Origin: Ferroglobus placidus DSM 10642 | GTDB lineage: Archaea; Halobacteriota; Archaeoglobi; Archaeoglobales; Archaeoglobaceae | Length of the DNA: 32,000 bases | Assembly (NCBI RefSeq): GCF_000025505.1 | Contig: NC_013849.1 | Span: forward strand, 1,440,001 to 1,472,000 | Direction: 5' to 3' | Shown here: one piece after another, positions 17,159 to 27,221 of the stretch | Layout: every line of letters begins with the position of its first letter | Numbering within the stretch: the first letter of the stretch is position 1 | Made by a program: the position numbers and the translations under genes | Notes under the pieces: generated by a model | Database searches by the model: none | Seen by the model: only the letters and a program-made list of their open reading frames with translations | Told to the model about the DNA's origin: nothing

Positions 17159-17336
17159 CGTTCATCATGAAGTCTTCGAAAGCGTTTATCACTGCGCCTA
17201 TCTTTTCACTCTCTATAATTATCTTTAAGTTTTCATCTAATTCTGCTCTCGCCCAATCAACGTCGTCGGGCTTTAAAGCCTTGTAAACGATCTCGGCATC
17301 TTCTAAGTTAAGCTTCAGCTCAAGCTTGAACAGCAA
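17103..17336 (-). CDS. KEOPS subunit Pcc1-like protein, 77 aa
   Basis: [21 protein letters not shown]...[32 protein letters not shown] fits the Pcc1 strand-helix-strand-strand-helix pattern. TTG start is uncertain. The 3' end overlaps ribL by 56 nt. Confidence 0.5.
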   Translation of the reverse strand: MLFKLELKLNLEDAEIVYKALKPDDVDWARAELDENLKIIIESEKIGAVINAFEDFMMNVKASLSVLESLSVGKRRE

Positions 17337-18610
17337 AGTCTGTCCACCTCCTTTAAAAACTCCTCTACTTTGTCCGAGTTTATGTTCGCCCCAGCAGCAA
17401 CGCTGTGTCCTCCTCCGCTTCCTCCCACCTTTTCGGCAGCCTTTCTCATCACTTCCCCTAAATTGACTTTCTCGGCAAGTTTCTCGTTACCTCTCGCAGA
17501 AACCTTGACCTCTCCGCTCTTTTTCACGTTTATCGCTATAAAGGGCTTGTCAGAAAAGATGTACCTCGACAGGATTGAGGCTATTGGACCGGTGGTTGGA
17601 GCGTCTTCCATTATCAAATACCTTATGCAGAACCCTTCCTTTACCTCCTCTATCCTTTTTACGACCTCCTCCAAAAGCTCTTCCTGAAATTCCCTCCAGA
17701 GGCTTACAGCTTTCTCAAGGTAACTTTCGTCCCTCATGCATATCGCAAAGGCTATCGAATTTGCCGACTTTCTTCCGCAGGCATTCACGACTTCGCTGAG
17801 CATTATCGAATTTTTTATCAGCTCGTTCTTTAAGTAGAACTTTTCTCCGAAAACGTCCTCGAAAATCCCGGGGTAGCAGTTCATCTTCAGCAGTCTTATT
17901 GCTATTCCGTTAGCAAGCCTGCTTTCCTCTTCTTTACCGAGCTCGTCGAACTCCTTCTCACCATCGACGCTCACCTCTTCGAGAAATTTGTCGAGTTCAT
18001 CTTCATTTCCGTAGAAGTTCAGAAAAGGTTCCGTCGAGTATAGTAGGACTTCCCTCACTTTCCCGGATATCATTTTCAAACCTTCTCTCCTTTCCAAGTA
18101 GCCCCTCTCCAAACCCCTCTTAACGACCTCTAAGTTCCCTCCTCTCAGTTTTTGCTTATCTCCTATTATGCCGATTAGAGCTAAAGCCGTCAGGTCGTAG
18201 TTGTTTCCCAAGTATTCGGCGAAAAAGTAGGCTGTGGCGCTTGCGGACATTTCAAAAGATCCGTCTATTCCGGCAAGATGCGGATTTATGTGAGCCAAAT
18301 TCTCTTTTTCGATTCTTCCAACCGGAAAGTGGTGATCGACGATTATGACATCCTCTTTTATCTCCGAAATTTTTTCGGGATACCCGCTACCCATGTCAAC
18401 GAAAATAGTAAGATCTTCAGGTTCGAAGCTCTCGTTTAAACCTTTGAGAAAGGAAACGTGAACTTTCTTTCCCATTCTCATCAAAGCTATCGATACTATA
18501 GCTGCTCCGGAAATCCCGTCTGCATCGTAGTGAGCGTAAATTCTAACGTAATCGTGCTTGTCGAGCATGATTTTAGCTTTCTCGAATTCGTGCTTGATCA
18601 TTTCAAGCAT
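17315..18610 (-). CDS. DHH/DHHA1 family phosphoesterase, archaeal RecJ-like, 431 aa
   Basis: Motifs YAHYDADGISGAAI, IIVDHH and GGGHSVAAGA (DHHA1). Confidence 0.8.
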   Translation of the reverse strand: MLEMIKHEFEKAKIMLDKHDYVRIYAHYDADGISGAAIVSIALMRMGKKVHVSFLKGLNESFEPEDLTIFVDMGSGYPEKISEIKEDVIIVDHHFPVGRIEKENLAHINPHLAGIDGSFEMSASATAYFFAEYLGNNYDLTALALIGIIGDKQKLRGGNLEVVKRGLERGYLERREGLKMISGKVREVLLYSTEPFLNFYGNEDELDKFLEEVSVDGEKEFDELGKEEESRLANGIAIRLLKMNCYPGIFEDVFGEKFYLKNELIKNSIMLSEVVNACGRKSANSIAFAICMRDESYLEKAVSLWREFQEELLEEVVKRIEEVKEGFCIRYLIMEDAPTTGPIASILSRYIFSDKPFIAINVKKSGEVKVSARGNEKLAEKVNLGEVMRKAAEKVGGSGGGHSVAAGANINSDKVEEFLKEVDRLCCSSLS

Positions 18611-18644
18611 GTTTCGCAGTCATTTATTCTGCAAAAATTTTTTT

Positions 18645-19346
18645 CTAAACACCTACGTAAGCTTTCCTTATATCTTCTTCACTAATTTCGTCTCTCCTGC
18701 CTTCAGCGAATATTCTTCCTTCGCTCATTAGATAGACGTAATCCGCTATTTCGAGCGATGCGTAAACGTTCTGCTCCACGAGAAGTATAGTCAAACCCCC
18801 CTCTTTCAACTTTCTTATTACCTCGAAAAGGTCCATAACGACTTTGGGAGCCAAACCCTGACTTGGTTCGTCCATTAGAATGAGCTCCGGAGATGACATT
18901 AAAGCTCTCGCAATCGTCAGCATTTGCTGCTCTCCTCCGCTCAAAGTTCCGGCTCTCTGCTTTCTTCTCTCTTTTAAAATCGGGAAGAGATCGTAGACGA
19001 AGCTTAAGTTTTCTTCAAACCTTTCTTCAGCTCTCTTGGTGTAAGCTCCGAGCCTCAGGTTCTCTTCTACAGTCATTAGAGGAAAGAGGTGCCTTCCTTC
19101 GGGAACGTATGCTATGCCCATCTCAACCTTCTCGTGGGGTTTCTTCAAAGTCACGTCCTCTCTTTTGAACGTAACCGTACCTTTCCAGGGTTTGATTATT
19201 CCGAAAATCGTTTTTAGTGTCGTAGTTTTCCCGACTCCGTTCGCTCCCAAGATGGTCGTTATGCTTCCTTTGTTTACTTTTAAGTTCACGCCCCACAGCA
19301 CCTGCATCTCTCCGTAACCGCTTTCGAGGTCTCTCGTTTCAAGCAT
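18645..19346 (-). CDS. livF: LIV-type ABC transporter ATP-binding protein (LivF-like), 233 aa
   Basis: Walker A GANGVGKTT, signature LSGGEQQ, Walker B LILMDEPS. Confidence 0.85.
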   Translation of the reverse strand: MLETRDLESGYGEMQVLWGVNLKVNKGSITTILGANGVGKTTTLKTIFGIIKPWKGTVTFKREDVTLKKPHEKVEMGIAYVPEGRHLFPLMTVEENLRLGAYTKRAEERFEENLSFVYDLFPILKERRKQRAGTLSGGEQQMLTIARALMSSPELILMDEPSQGLAPKVVMDLFEVIRKLKEGGLTILLVEQNVYASLEIADYVYLMSEGRIFAEGRRDEISEEDIRKAYVGV

Positions 19347-20084
19347 TCAGATCACCTTCTTTCCGAGGTAGACCTCTATGACCTTCGGATGGTTCAAAAC
19401 TTTTTCAGGCTCACCCTCAACGAGGATTTTTCCCTGATGCATGACTATAACCCTCTCCGCAAACTTGACTATCGCTTGCATAAGGTGCTCGACCATGGAA
19501 ACTATCGCTATGTCCTCTTCTCTGTGTATTTTCTTGAGAAGCTCGATTATTCTGTCCACATCTACGGGATTCATGCCAGCCATCACTTCATCGAGAAGCA
19601 AAAGCTTGGGTTTCATGGCAAGAGCTCTTGCGAGCTCCATTAACCTTTTCTCCAACGGCGTTAAAAGCTTCGCTTCCTTGTGTTTTAACTTCTCTATTCC
19701 CACGAGCTTCAGGTATTCCTCAGCTCTTTCGAAAGCTTCCTCAACGCTGAGCTTCTCTCTGCCGAACATGGCTCCTATAGCTACGTTCTCTAAAACCGTA
19801 GCGTTTCCGAAGGGGCGTGGAATCTGGAAGGTTCTCGCTATTCCGAGCTTAGCTCTTTCGTAAGGAGGCAAGTTCGTGATGTCTCTTCCCTCGAAGATTA
19901 CTTTGCCTTCATCCGGCAGATATATCCCGCTTATGAGGTTGTAGAGTGTTGTTTTTCCGCTTCCGTTTGGACCTACTATTCCTATCGCTTCCCCCTCTTC
20001 TATCTCAAACGTAACTCCGTCTACTGCTTTAATCCCTCCGAAGCTCTTTCTGAGGTTTTCAACTCTGAGTAGCATGAGCGTCAC
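19347..20084 (-). CDS. livG: LIV-type ABC transporter ATP-binding protein (LivG-like), 245 aa
   Basis: GPNGSGKTT and LLLLDEVMAG. The GTG start overlaps the upstream stop (GTGA). Alternative ATG at 20075. Confidence 0.85.
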   Translation of the reverse strand: MTLMLLRVENLRKSFGGIKAVDGVTFEIEEGEAIGIVGPNGSGKTTLYNLISGIYLPDEGKVIFEGRDITNLPPYERAKLGIARTFQIPRPFGNATVLENVAIGAMFGREKLSVEEAFERAEEYLKLVGIEKLKHKEAKLLTPLEKRLMELARALAMKPKLLLLDEVMAGMNPVDVDRIIELLKKIHREEDIAIVSMVEHLMQAIVKFAERVIVMHQGKILVEGEPEKVLNHPKVIEVYLGKKVI

Positions 20085-21061
20085 CTCACGAAATCTTCCA
20101 ACTTAGTACCTCTAACCTTCTTCTTTAAATACCCTACCAATCCTTCCGGGAAGAGGACGACGACGGCTATTAAAATAGGAGCGAGAATCAAAAGCTGAAC
20201 TCCGGGAAATATGACGTTGAGGTAGTACTTCAGCAAAGCGTAGAAAGTTCCACCTACGAGCGGTCCGAGCAAAGTTCCAGCTCCTCCGAGCATGACTATA
20301 ACTATCGCTTCCACCGTGTAAACTATATTAAAGACGTCTTCCGGGAAAACGTAGGTAAGCTTCAGAGTCCAAGCGAGGGATCCGATAATTCCGGCGAAGA
20401 TTGCACTGGTTATGAAAGCGAGAATTTTGTATTTTGTGACGTTTATCCCCATTACTTTAGCAACCTCTTCATCCTCCCTCATAGCTAAAAGAGCGTATCC
20501 TATTCTGCTTCTCAGGTATATTGAGGTAATTAGAGCGGAAATAAACGCGACGAAGAATAAAGCCACGTCGGAAACGTAAGTTGAGAGGAAGTTCGTCGTC
20601 TCGCTTCCAAAGGTTTTTCTCATGAATCCCGAAAGAACAATTCCTTCTGTCCCTCCCCAAAGCCTCGTTCCTTCGATAAAGAACCTGAAACCTTCGTTAA
20701 CTCCTATCGTTGCTATTGCAAAGTAAGCCCCTCTAAGCCTTAAAGCGACGCCACCAACAGCTAAAGATAAGATGGCAGCGAAAATTGCTCCGGCTACAAC
20801 TCCTATCGCAATCGATACCAAGCCCAAGTGGGCGAAGTTCTGTATTGCGAGAGCCATCCCGTAAGCTCCAAGCCCGAGGAAAGCGACATAGCCGAAATCA
20901 ACGTAGCCAGTCAGGCCGAGGAAGATGTTGAAAGCCTGTCCCAAAGCTACGTAGAAAATTATCAGAGCTATTGGCTGCCACATCCCTTCGACGCTTGATC
21001 CGATTACGAACAGAATTATCAGGAATATCAGGTTTGGAATAACGTCTTTAATTGGCTTCAA
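20081..21061 (-). CDS. livM: LIV-type ABC transporter permease (LivM-like), 326 aa
   Basis: Polytopic hydrophobic protein. TTG start overlaps the upstream stop (TTGA). Position within the liv-type operon supports the call. Confidence 0.8.
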   Translation of the reverse strand: MKPIKDVIPNLIFLIILFVIGSSVEGMWQPIALIIFYVALGQAFNIFLGLTGYVDFGYVAFLGLGAYGMALAIQNFAHLGLVSIAIGVVAGAIFAAILSLAVGGVALRLRGAYFAIATIGVNEGFRFFIEGTRLWGGTEGIVLSGFMRKTFGSETTNFLSTYVSDVALFFVAFISALITSIYLRSRIGYALLAMREDEEVAKVMGINVTKYKILAFITSAIFAGIIGSLAWTLKLTYVFPEDVFNIVYTVEAIVIVMLGGAGTLLGPLVGGTFYALLKYYLNVIFPGVQLLILAPILIAVVVLFPEGLVGYLKKKVRGTKLEDFVR

Positions 21062-21954
21062 AGTTCTTCACCCCTCAGCAATCCGGTAGGTCTTACGAGA
21101 AGGATTATCAGAAGGAAAACGAAGGCTATGAACCTCGTCATTGCAAATGGCTCAATTCCCGGAATCAAGCCGAGGAGAGTGTAAGAGCCGTTTTCGAAGA
21201 GTCCGAAGAGAATTCCAGCGTAGAAAGAGCCGATTGGAGAAGCGAGCCCGCCAAGAACGGCAATAACGAAAGCTTTCAGAGTGTAGCCTCCTCCCATATA
21301 AACGTTTATTCCCACCGGAGTGTACGTTGCGACGAGTACTCCTCCCATCATAGTGAGGGCTATTCCCAAGGCGAAGCTTAGAGCGTAGATTCTGTTCACG
21401 TTTATTCCGCAAGCCAAAGCTCCTTCTCTATCCTCCACGACAGCTCTAATCGCCATGCCGAACTTTGTCTTTCTTATGAACGTGTAAACGGAAAAGGCGA
21501 GGAAAACAGAAAGGAGCGCAGCTAGAAGCTTAGGATATGGTATTAGAGTAATTCCGAGATTTATCGATCCGACATCCCAGCTGTATCCGTAAAATTCGGG
21601 TCCCCAAAAGAATTTAGCGAGCTCTTCTATTAGCAAACCGTAGCCGAAGGTGGCGAGAAGGGTAGCAAGCTCCGGAGCGTCAACGAGCCTTTTTATTCCG
21701 GAGTAAAAAATTGCGAAGCCGATGATCATTCCAAAGAGCAAAGCGAAAAACAGAGCTGCTGGAGGAATCACTCCGTAAAGCACGAAAAGCCAGTAGACAG
21801 TGAAAGCTCCAATCATTACGAAAGCACCATGCCCGACGTTGACGATTCTGAGAACCCCGAATATAATGCTCAACCCCATCGTGGATATTCCGTAAATCGT
21901 TCCGAGGAGAAGACCGTAGATTAAGTTGGAGATGAGATTCTCAACTAACGCCAT
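21058..21954 (-). CDS. livH: LIV-type ABC transporter permease (LivH-like), 298 aa
   Basis: Polytopic hydrophobic protein. I prefer ATG 21954 (MALVENLISN...) because AGGTGG lies just upstream. The track start, GTG 21963, is also possible. Confidence 0.8.
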   Translation of the reverse strand: MALVENLISNLIYGLLLGTIYGISTMGLSIIFGVLRIVNVGHGAFVMIGAFTVYWLFVLYGVIPPAALFFALLFGMIIGFAIFYSGIKRLVDAPELATLLATFGYGLLIEELAKFFWGPEFYGYSWDVGSINLGITLIPYPKLLAALLSVFLAFSVYTFIRKTKFGMAIRAVVEDREGALACGINVNRIYALSFALGIALTMMGGVLVATYTPVGINVYMGGGYTLKAFVIAVLGGLASPIGSFYAGILFGLFENGSYTLLGLIPGIEPFAMTRFIAFVFLLIILLVRPTGLLRGEEL

Positions 21955-21995
21955 TGAGTCCACCTAAAAAATATAATATTAAAAGATTTTGATTT

Positions 21996-23330
21996 TTACT
22001 TTTGAGCCAACTTTCCTTGCTCCTTCTCCTCCCAAGTTGGCATAGGATAGTAAGGTTCGGCGTTAGCGGCTTCTGGAGGCCACACGATCACTTTCTTTCC
22101 ACCCTGCCACTGTATTATAACCATCTCGTGTCCAATCTGTTTTCCGGTTTCCGGATCGATCTTCCACTTTCCGTAAACGCACATGAATTCGATGTCGTTC
22201 ATCGCTTCTCTAACAACCTTCGGATCGAGGCTTTGAGCCTTTTCTATGGCGTAAGCGTAAGATAGAACTGCCGCCGCAGCTTCAACTGCATGGTAGCTCG
22301 GAGGCTTATCGCTTCCAGAAACCTCTTTGAACATCTCCAAGAACTCCTCCTGAGTCGGTCCGTACCAGTCGATTCCGAGTTGTTTAGCAACCTCCGGACT
22401 GTACTTGACTCCGATCTCCCACTGGGCTGGAGCGAAAATGCCTTCGGCTTTAACTCCGAGAGCCTCGTAGAATTGAGGCAAAGTGGGAGCGACGAGGATT
22501 GAGGCGGCTTTTACGTTAACCTTCAGCTCAGCCATCTGGCTGACTAAAAGCTGTCCATCAGCAAAATGTCCTCCGCCGATGAGTATCTCCGGCTCGTAGT
22601 TCTTCAGCTCGTTCAGTATTGGAGACATGTCAGTCGTTCCCTTCGGATAAGTTTTCTCGTAAACTACTTCGAAGCCAAGCTTTTCAGCATACTCCTTAGC
22701 TGCTTTAAACACGGCTCTCGAGAACTCGGTGTCTTCGTAAACCATAGCAAGCTTTTTCGCGTTTGGATCTATCTTCTTAACCATATCGAGGAATCCAGTT
22801 TGATACTTGCTTGCCGGGCTAAGAGTTTGGACAACATAGTAATATCCCTGCTCGAATATGTAATCGCTCGCACCACCGTGGCTGTTCATGAGGACGCCGT
22901 ACTTCTCTGCTATCGGAGCAGCAGCAAGCGTTAAACCTGAGCTGTAAGGTGCTAAGATGAACTTAACCTTGTCAACTGTTGCGAGCCTCTCTACAAGGCT
23001 CTGAACGTTTTCCTTCTTCGACTCGTCGTCGTAATACTTCAGCTCGACCTTGTAAACTTTATCTCCAACCTTAATTCCTCCGTGCTTTTCGTTTATCCAC
23101 TTAATCGCAACCTGCATTCCCCAGAGGGACATCTGCCCCTCTTTGGAGAATTTACCGCTCAGGCTTATCGGAGCTCCGAAATAAATGGTTTCAACCTTCT
23201 TTTCAGGAGCTGGCGTTTTAGCCTCAGCCGGAGTTGGCGTTGGTGTGGCTTTCTCTTCAGGCTTTTGCTGACATCCAGCTATTACTACGGCGAAAATCAG
23301 CAGAGATAGCAGAAGATATCTTATTTTCAT
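21996..23330 (-). CDS. LIV-type (cluster B) periplasmic substrate-binding lipoprotein, 444 aa
   Basis: Signal peptide with lipobox-like IAGC, a Thr/Pro-rich tether (KATPTPTPAEAKTPAPEKK), then a type I SBP fold pattern. Confidence 0.8.
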   Translation of the reverse strand: MKIRYLLLSLLIFAVVIAGCQQKPEEKATPTPTPAEAKTPAPEKKVETIYFGAPISLSGKFSKEGQMSLWGMQVAIKWINEKHGGIKVGDKVYKVELKYYDDESKKENVQSLVERLATVDKVKFILAPYSSGLTLAAAPIAEKYGVLMNSHGGASDYIFEQGYYYVVQTLSPASKYQTGFLDMVKKIDPNAKKLAMVYEDTEFSRAVFKAAKEYAEKLGFEVVYEKTYPKGTTDMSPILNELKNYEPEILIGGGHFADGQLLVSQMAELKVNVKAASILVAPTLPQFYEALGVKAEGIFAPAQWEIGVKYSPEVAKQLGIDWYGPTQEEFLEMFKEVSGSDKPPSYHAVEAAAAVLSYAYAIEKAQSLDPKVVREAMNDIEFMCVYGKWKIDPETGKQIGHEMVIIQWQGGKKVIVWPPEAANAEPYYPMPTWEEKEQGKLAQK

Positions 23331-23422
23331 TCCCGGACACCTCTCTTCCTGTCGGTATTATAATTAAAAATTATTTAAATTTTTCGCAATTTTATCTTCC
23401 CTTCAAACTTTGTTGATTGGCT

Positions 23423-23521
23423 ATTGTAAACGTTAAATTTTAAGCAATTGTAGACAATGTTCGATAACTTACCGAAAAGTATATGTATTTGGAAAGAAAG
23501 GTTCGATTAAAATTTTACAAT
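23423..23521. promoter_or_regulatory. Candidate operator motifs in the divergent livJ-like / fixC promoter region
   Basis: ATTGTAAAC (23423-23431). ATTGTAGACAAT (23447-23458), which is a 5-2-5 inverted repeat. An inverted copy TTACAAT (23515-23521). Confidence 0.3.
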
Positions 23522-23585
23522 TTCGGTATAAGAGGTGGGCGAAATAAATAAAATATTCGTTGAAAATAAAATCAAGTGATCCGAA

Positions 23586-24851
23586 ATGGAGGAGAAATTC
23601 GATGCCGTAGTGGTTGGAGGAGGAGCTTCAGGCTTAGGGGCGGCGATAAAACTTGCCAAATACGGTTTTAACGTTGTTCTACTTGAAAGAGGGGAGAGGA
23701 TAGGGTCTAAGAGCGTATACGGGGGAAGAATTTACTCCGAGGTTTTCAAGAGAGAGCTCGGCAGCTTGGATGACGCTCCGGTAGAGAGGTGGGTGAGGAA
23801 GGAAGTACTAACTTTCCTCGACTCCGAAAGAGGACTGAGCATCGAACTTTTCGCGAAAAAGAATGAGGAAAGCTTCACCGCTTATCTATCAAACTTCAAT
23901 TCGTGGCTCGCCCAGATAGCTGAGAACGAAGGAGCGCTTGTTATCGCAGGAATGAAGGTCGACGATTTGATAATCGAGGACGGAAAAGTTAAGGGCGTTG
24001 TTGCTGGAGGGGAGAAGCTTTACTCTGACGTCGTCATAGACGCTGAAGGGGTGAATCCGATTCTCGCGATGAGAGCAGGGATAAGAAGGGACTGGAAGCC
24101 TAACGAGGTTGCCGTTGGAGTCAAAGAAGTTGTAAAGCTCTCGGAGGAGGAGATAAACAAGAGGTTCGGGCTTGAGAGCGACGAAGGCTTGGCAAACTTA
24201 ATGGTGGGATTTCCGAATTCCATAGGAGGTGCTTTTCTCTACACGAATAAGGAGACTGTCTCTCTTGGAGTTGTCGTTAGAGTTGACAGCGCAGTAAAGA
24301 ATAATCTGGACGTTTACGAGCTTGCCGAAGATATCAGGCTTCACCCTTACGTTTACAGACTCGTTAAAGGTGGAAGCGTTATAGAATACTCCGCTCACCT
24401 CGTTCCGGAAGCTGGAGTTAGAGGGGTGCCGGAAAGGCTCGTCTCCGACGGATTTGTTTTGGTTGGAGACGCTGCCGGATTGGTTTTGAACAGAGGGTTC
24501 ACAGTAAGAGGAGTCGACTACGCTTTTTACTCCGGCGTTTTAGCTGCTGAAGCTGTGAAAAACGCTCACGAAAAGGGAGAGATGAGCAGAGAAAATCTTG
24601 CGGTTTACGAAAGTCTCTTAAAAAGCTCGGCTATTTACGAAGAACTGAAATTCTACGAAAAAGCTCACGAGATCCTCGGAGAGGAGAAGTTCTACTCCCT
24701 TTATCCGCAGATGTTCATAGAGGTTTTCGAAGAGCTCTACAGGATGGACAAGCCGAAGACGGTCTATTCTGTTGTTAAGGAGAAGATGAGGGAGAGAGTA
24801 TCTACTTTCAGAGCGTTTATGGACTTCTGGAAGGTGGTGAGGAGCTTATGA
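23586..24851 (+). CDS. fixC: FixC-like FAD-dependent ETF:quinone oxidoreductase, 421 aa
   Basis: N-terminal dinucleotide-binding motif DAVVVGGGASGLGAA. Its size fits, and it is translationally coupled (ATGA) to a FixX-like ferredoxin gene. Confidence 0.8.
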   Translation: MEEKFDAVVVGGGASGLGAAIKLAKYGFNVVLLERGERIGSKSVYGGRIYSEVFKRELGSLDDAPVERWVRKEVLTFLDSERGLSIELFAKKNEESFTAYLSNFNSWLAQIAENEGALVIAGMKVDDLIIEDGKVKGVVAGGEKLYSDVVIDAEGVNPILAMRAGIRRDWKPNEVAVGVKEVVKLSEEEINKRFGLESDEGLANLMVGFPNSIGGAFLYTNKETVSLGVVVRVDSAVKNNLDVYELAEDIRLHPYVYRLVKGGSVIEYSAHLVPEAGVRGVPERLVSDGFVLVGDAAGLVLNRGFTVRGVDYAFYSGVLAAEAVKNAHEKGEMSRENLAVYESLLKSSAIYEELKFYEKAHEILGEEKFYSLYPQMFIEVFEELYRMDKPKTVYSVVKEKMRERVSTFRAFMDFWKVVRSL

Positions 24852-25126
24852 GCGAAAAAAGGCTCAGCGTTGAGGACAGGCTCGGGCTTGTGAGCTTCGT
24901 CATAGATGGGGAGCCTCACATAATCGTGAAGGAGAAGTTCTGCAAGGACTGCGAGCTTAAAGTTTGCTTGAAAGTTTGCCCAGCTAAGCTGTATGAGGAG
25001 GAAAATGGAAAAATTAATTTCAATTATGAGGGTTGTTTGGAGTGTGGAACTTGCAGAATCGCTTGCGGAAAGCTTGAGTGGAACTACCCGAGGGGTGGTT
25101 TCGGAGTAAATTACCAGTTCGGTTAG
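24848..25126 (+). CDS. fixX: FixX-like ferredoxin-like protein, 92 aa
   Basis: CKDCELKVCLKVCP and CLECGTCRIAC motifs. Size and position after fixC agree. Confidence 0.8.
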   Translation: MSEKRLSVEDRLGLVSFVIDGEPHIIVKEKFCKDCELKVCLKVCPAKLYEEENGKINFNYEGCLECGTCRIACGKLEWNYPRGGFGVNYQFG

Positions 25127-25129
25127 GGG

Positions 25130-26404
25130 GTGTTTGATTTGGGAGTGATTGAATACCCGAAGGACCCGGTTTTGGAATTTTCGGAGGAGGAGAAGCTTTT
25201 TAGAGAGAGCGTCAGGGAATTCTGCGAGAAGTACATCGCACCGAAGTGGGTAGAAGTTGACGAGAAGGCTGAGAAGGATCCGATGGCAATTCCTGTAGAT
25301 CTGATTAAGAAAATGGGAGAGCAGGGGCTGTTTTGCATTCCATGCAGCGACAAGTACGGAGGGCAGGGAGGAACTTACACGATGGCGACCATTGCTATAG
25401 AAGAGATCGCTTACGCAGACCCGGCTGTGGCTCTGGCAGTTTACGCTTTGCTCAACAACGGATGGCCCTTCGCTTTGGAGATCTTTGGAAAGGAGGAGGT
25501 TTGTCAGGAAATAATTCCGGAAGTTGCTAAGGGTAACGCTTTCTTCGGAATAGCTTCGACCGAACCTCAGGGAGGAAGTGACGTTGCGGGAATAAAAACG
25601 AGGGCTGAGAAGAAGGGAGACGTTTACGTTTTCAACGGAGAAAAGGCTTACATCAGCGGAGTTGGAGAGGTCCAGAAGCTACCTTGGGGTGGAGGCTGGT
25701 TCTTGATTGCCAGAACCGGAGGAGAAGGACACAGAGGGCTTTCAGCCTTCGCTTTCATAGTCAGAAAGAACGGAAAGCTTAAGGAGGGCTGGATTCCGAC
25801 GATTTACGAAGACATCGGTAGGCATGGACTAACTACCGGTGGTTTCATCCTCGAAAACTTCGAACTTGAAAAGGATTATTTGCTTGGAGAGGAAAACAAG
25901 GGCTTCTACCACGTGATGGAAGGTTTCAACTTAGCGAGAATTGTCGTTGCAGCAGCAACTATTGGAGCTGCGAGGTGGCTTTTGGAAAAAGCCGTGGAAT
26001 GGTTCAGGCAGAGGAAGCTTTTCGGAGGAAGAAGTATAGCCTCTTTCCAGGGAGTTAGCTTCAAGTTTGCCGATTTGTATGCCAGATGGGAAGCTTCCCG
26101 ATACTTCGTTTACAGAGCTGCGAGGCTTGCCGACAAGATCTACATAGAGAAGGATCCCAACTTCAATCCGAAGGATCTCAACGTTCCCGTGGCTTTAGCC
26201 AAGAACTACGGTCCAGAAACCTGCGTTGATCTGGCTGAGGAGGTTATGAAGTGGTACGGAGCTTACGCATACACCAAAGAAGCTCCGATATTCAGAGCTT
26301 GGCTCGGTCCGTTCAGCTACGTAATAGGTGCTGAAGGAGCGCAGAACATAATGAGGTATATAATAGCGAGGGACATAATCGGAAGGGAGTTCGTGCAGGG
26401 ATAA
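25130..26404 (+). CDS. Acyl-CoA dehydrogenase, 424 aa
   Basis: GIASTEPQGGSD, the ACAD middle and C-terminal domain pattern, and a C-terminal catalytic-region AEGAQNIM. GTG start. Confidence 0.85.
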   Translation: MFDLGVIEYPKDPVLEFSEEEKLFRESVREFCEKYIAPKWVEVDEKAEKDPMAIPVDLIKKMGEQGLFCIPCSDKYGGQGGTYTMATIAIEEIAYADPAVALAVYALLNNGWPFALEIFGKEEVCQEIIPEVAKGNAFFGIASTEPQGGSDVAGIKTRAEKKGDVYVFNGEKAYISGVGEVQKLPWGGGWFLIARTGGEGHRGLSAFAFIVRKNGKLKEGWIPTIYEDIGRHGLTTGGFILENFELEKDYLLGEENKGFYHVMEGFNLARIVVAAATIGAARWLLEKAVEWFRQRKLFGGRSIASFQGVSFKFADLYARWEASRYFVYRAARLADKIYIEKDPNFNPKDLNVPVALAKNYGPETCVDLAEEVMKWYGAYAYTKEAPIFRAWLGPFSYVIGAEGAQNIMRYIIARDIIGREFVQG

Positions 26405-26444
26405 TTTCCAAAATTTTTTCTTCCTATTTTTGGGAGGTTTCTCC

Positions 26445-27212
26445 ATGAACGTAGCGGTTTGCGTTAAATACGCTGTGGACGCTCAGCAGGTGAAATTCGA
26501 TCCGAAAACTGGCGAGCCGCTTTTAGCGACGGCACCGAGAAAAATTAGCGACATGGATAGGAGAGCGATAGAAGAGGCTTTAAGGCTGAAAGAAAAGCTT
26601 GGAGGAAAAGTTGTTGCTTTCTCCGTTGGAGACTCAGGCGTGAAAAATGCTGTGAAGGAAATCTATGCGATGGGAGTTGATGAGGTGCACATCGTTGCGG
26701 ACGATAAATTGAAGAACGTGGACACGACAACAACTGCTAAGATTCTTTCGGAGCTGATAAAGAAAGTTGGCAGCTTCGATTTAATTCTCTGCGGAGCGGC
26801 ATCGACAGACGGCTATTCCTGGCTCGTGCCGGGGAAAATTGCCAGCTTCCTTGAGCTCTCTTTCATTCCGAACGCCGTAGCTTTAAGCGTTGAAAACGGG
26901 AAGGTTGCTGTAGAAAGCGACATGGGTGATGGAATATACAAGTTCGAATCGAGTCTTCCGGCGGTAGTTTCCGTTCTGCTCGAAATAAACGAGCCGAGGA
27001 TTCCGAAGCTTTCAGACATTTTGAAAGCTTCGAAGAAGAAAGCGGAATTCCACAGCCTTGAGGATTTCGAAGTGGAATTCGTTGACAGCGGAGTTGAAGA
27101 GATAAGGATGCCGAAGGTTGAGAGAAAGAGGGTAATCTTCGAGGTTAAGGATAACATTGACGAGGTTGTTGAGAAGCTTTTGGCTGAGTTGAAGAAAGAG
27201 GGAGTGCTGTGA
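26445..27212 (+). CDS. etfB: Electron transfer flavoprotein beta subunit, 255 aa
   Basis: MNVAVCVKYAVD... and ...LILCGAASTDG. ATG 26445 with GGGAGG 8-13 nt upstream. Confidence 0.85.
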   Translation: MNVAVCVKYAVDAQQVKFDPKTGEPLLATAPRKISDMDRRAIEEALRLKEKLGGKVVAFSVGDSGVKNAVKEIYAMGVDEVHIVADDKLKNVDTTTTAKILSELIKKVGSFDLILCGAASTDGYSWLVPGKIASFLELSFIPNAVALSVENGKVAVESDMGDGIYKFESSLPAVVSVLLEINEPRIPKLSDILKASKKKAEFHSLEDFEVEFVDSGVEEIRMPKVERKRVIFEVKDNIDEVVEKLLAELKKEGVL

Positions 27213-27221
27213 GGTGGTAAT

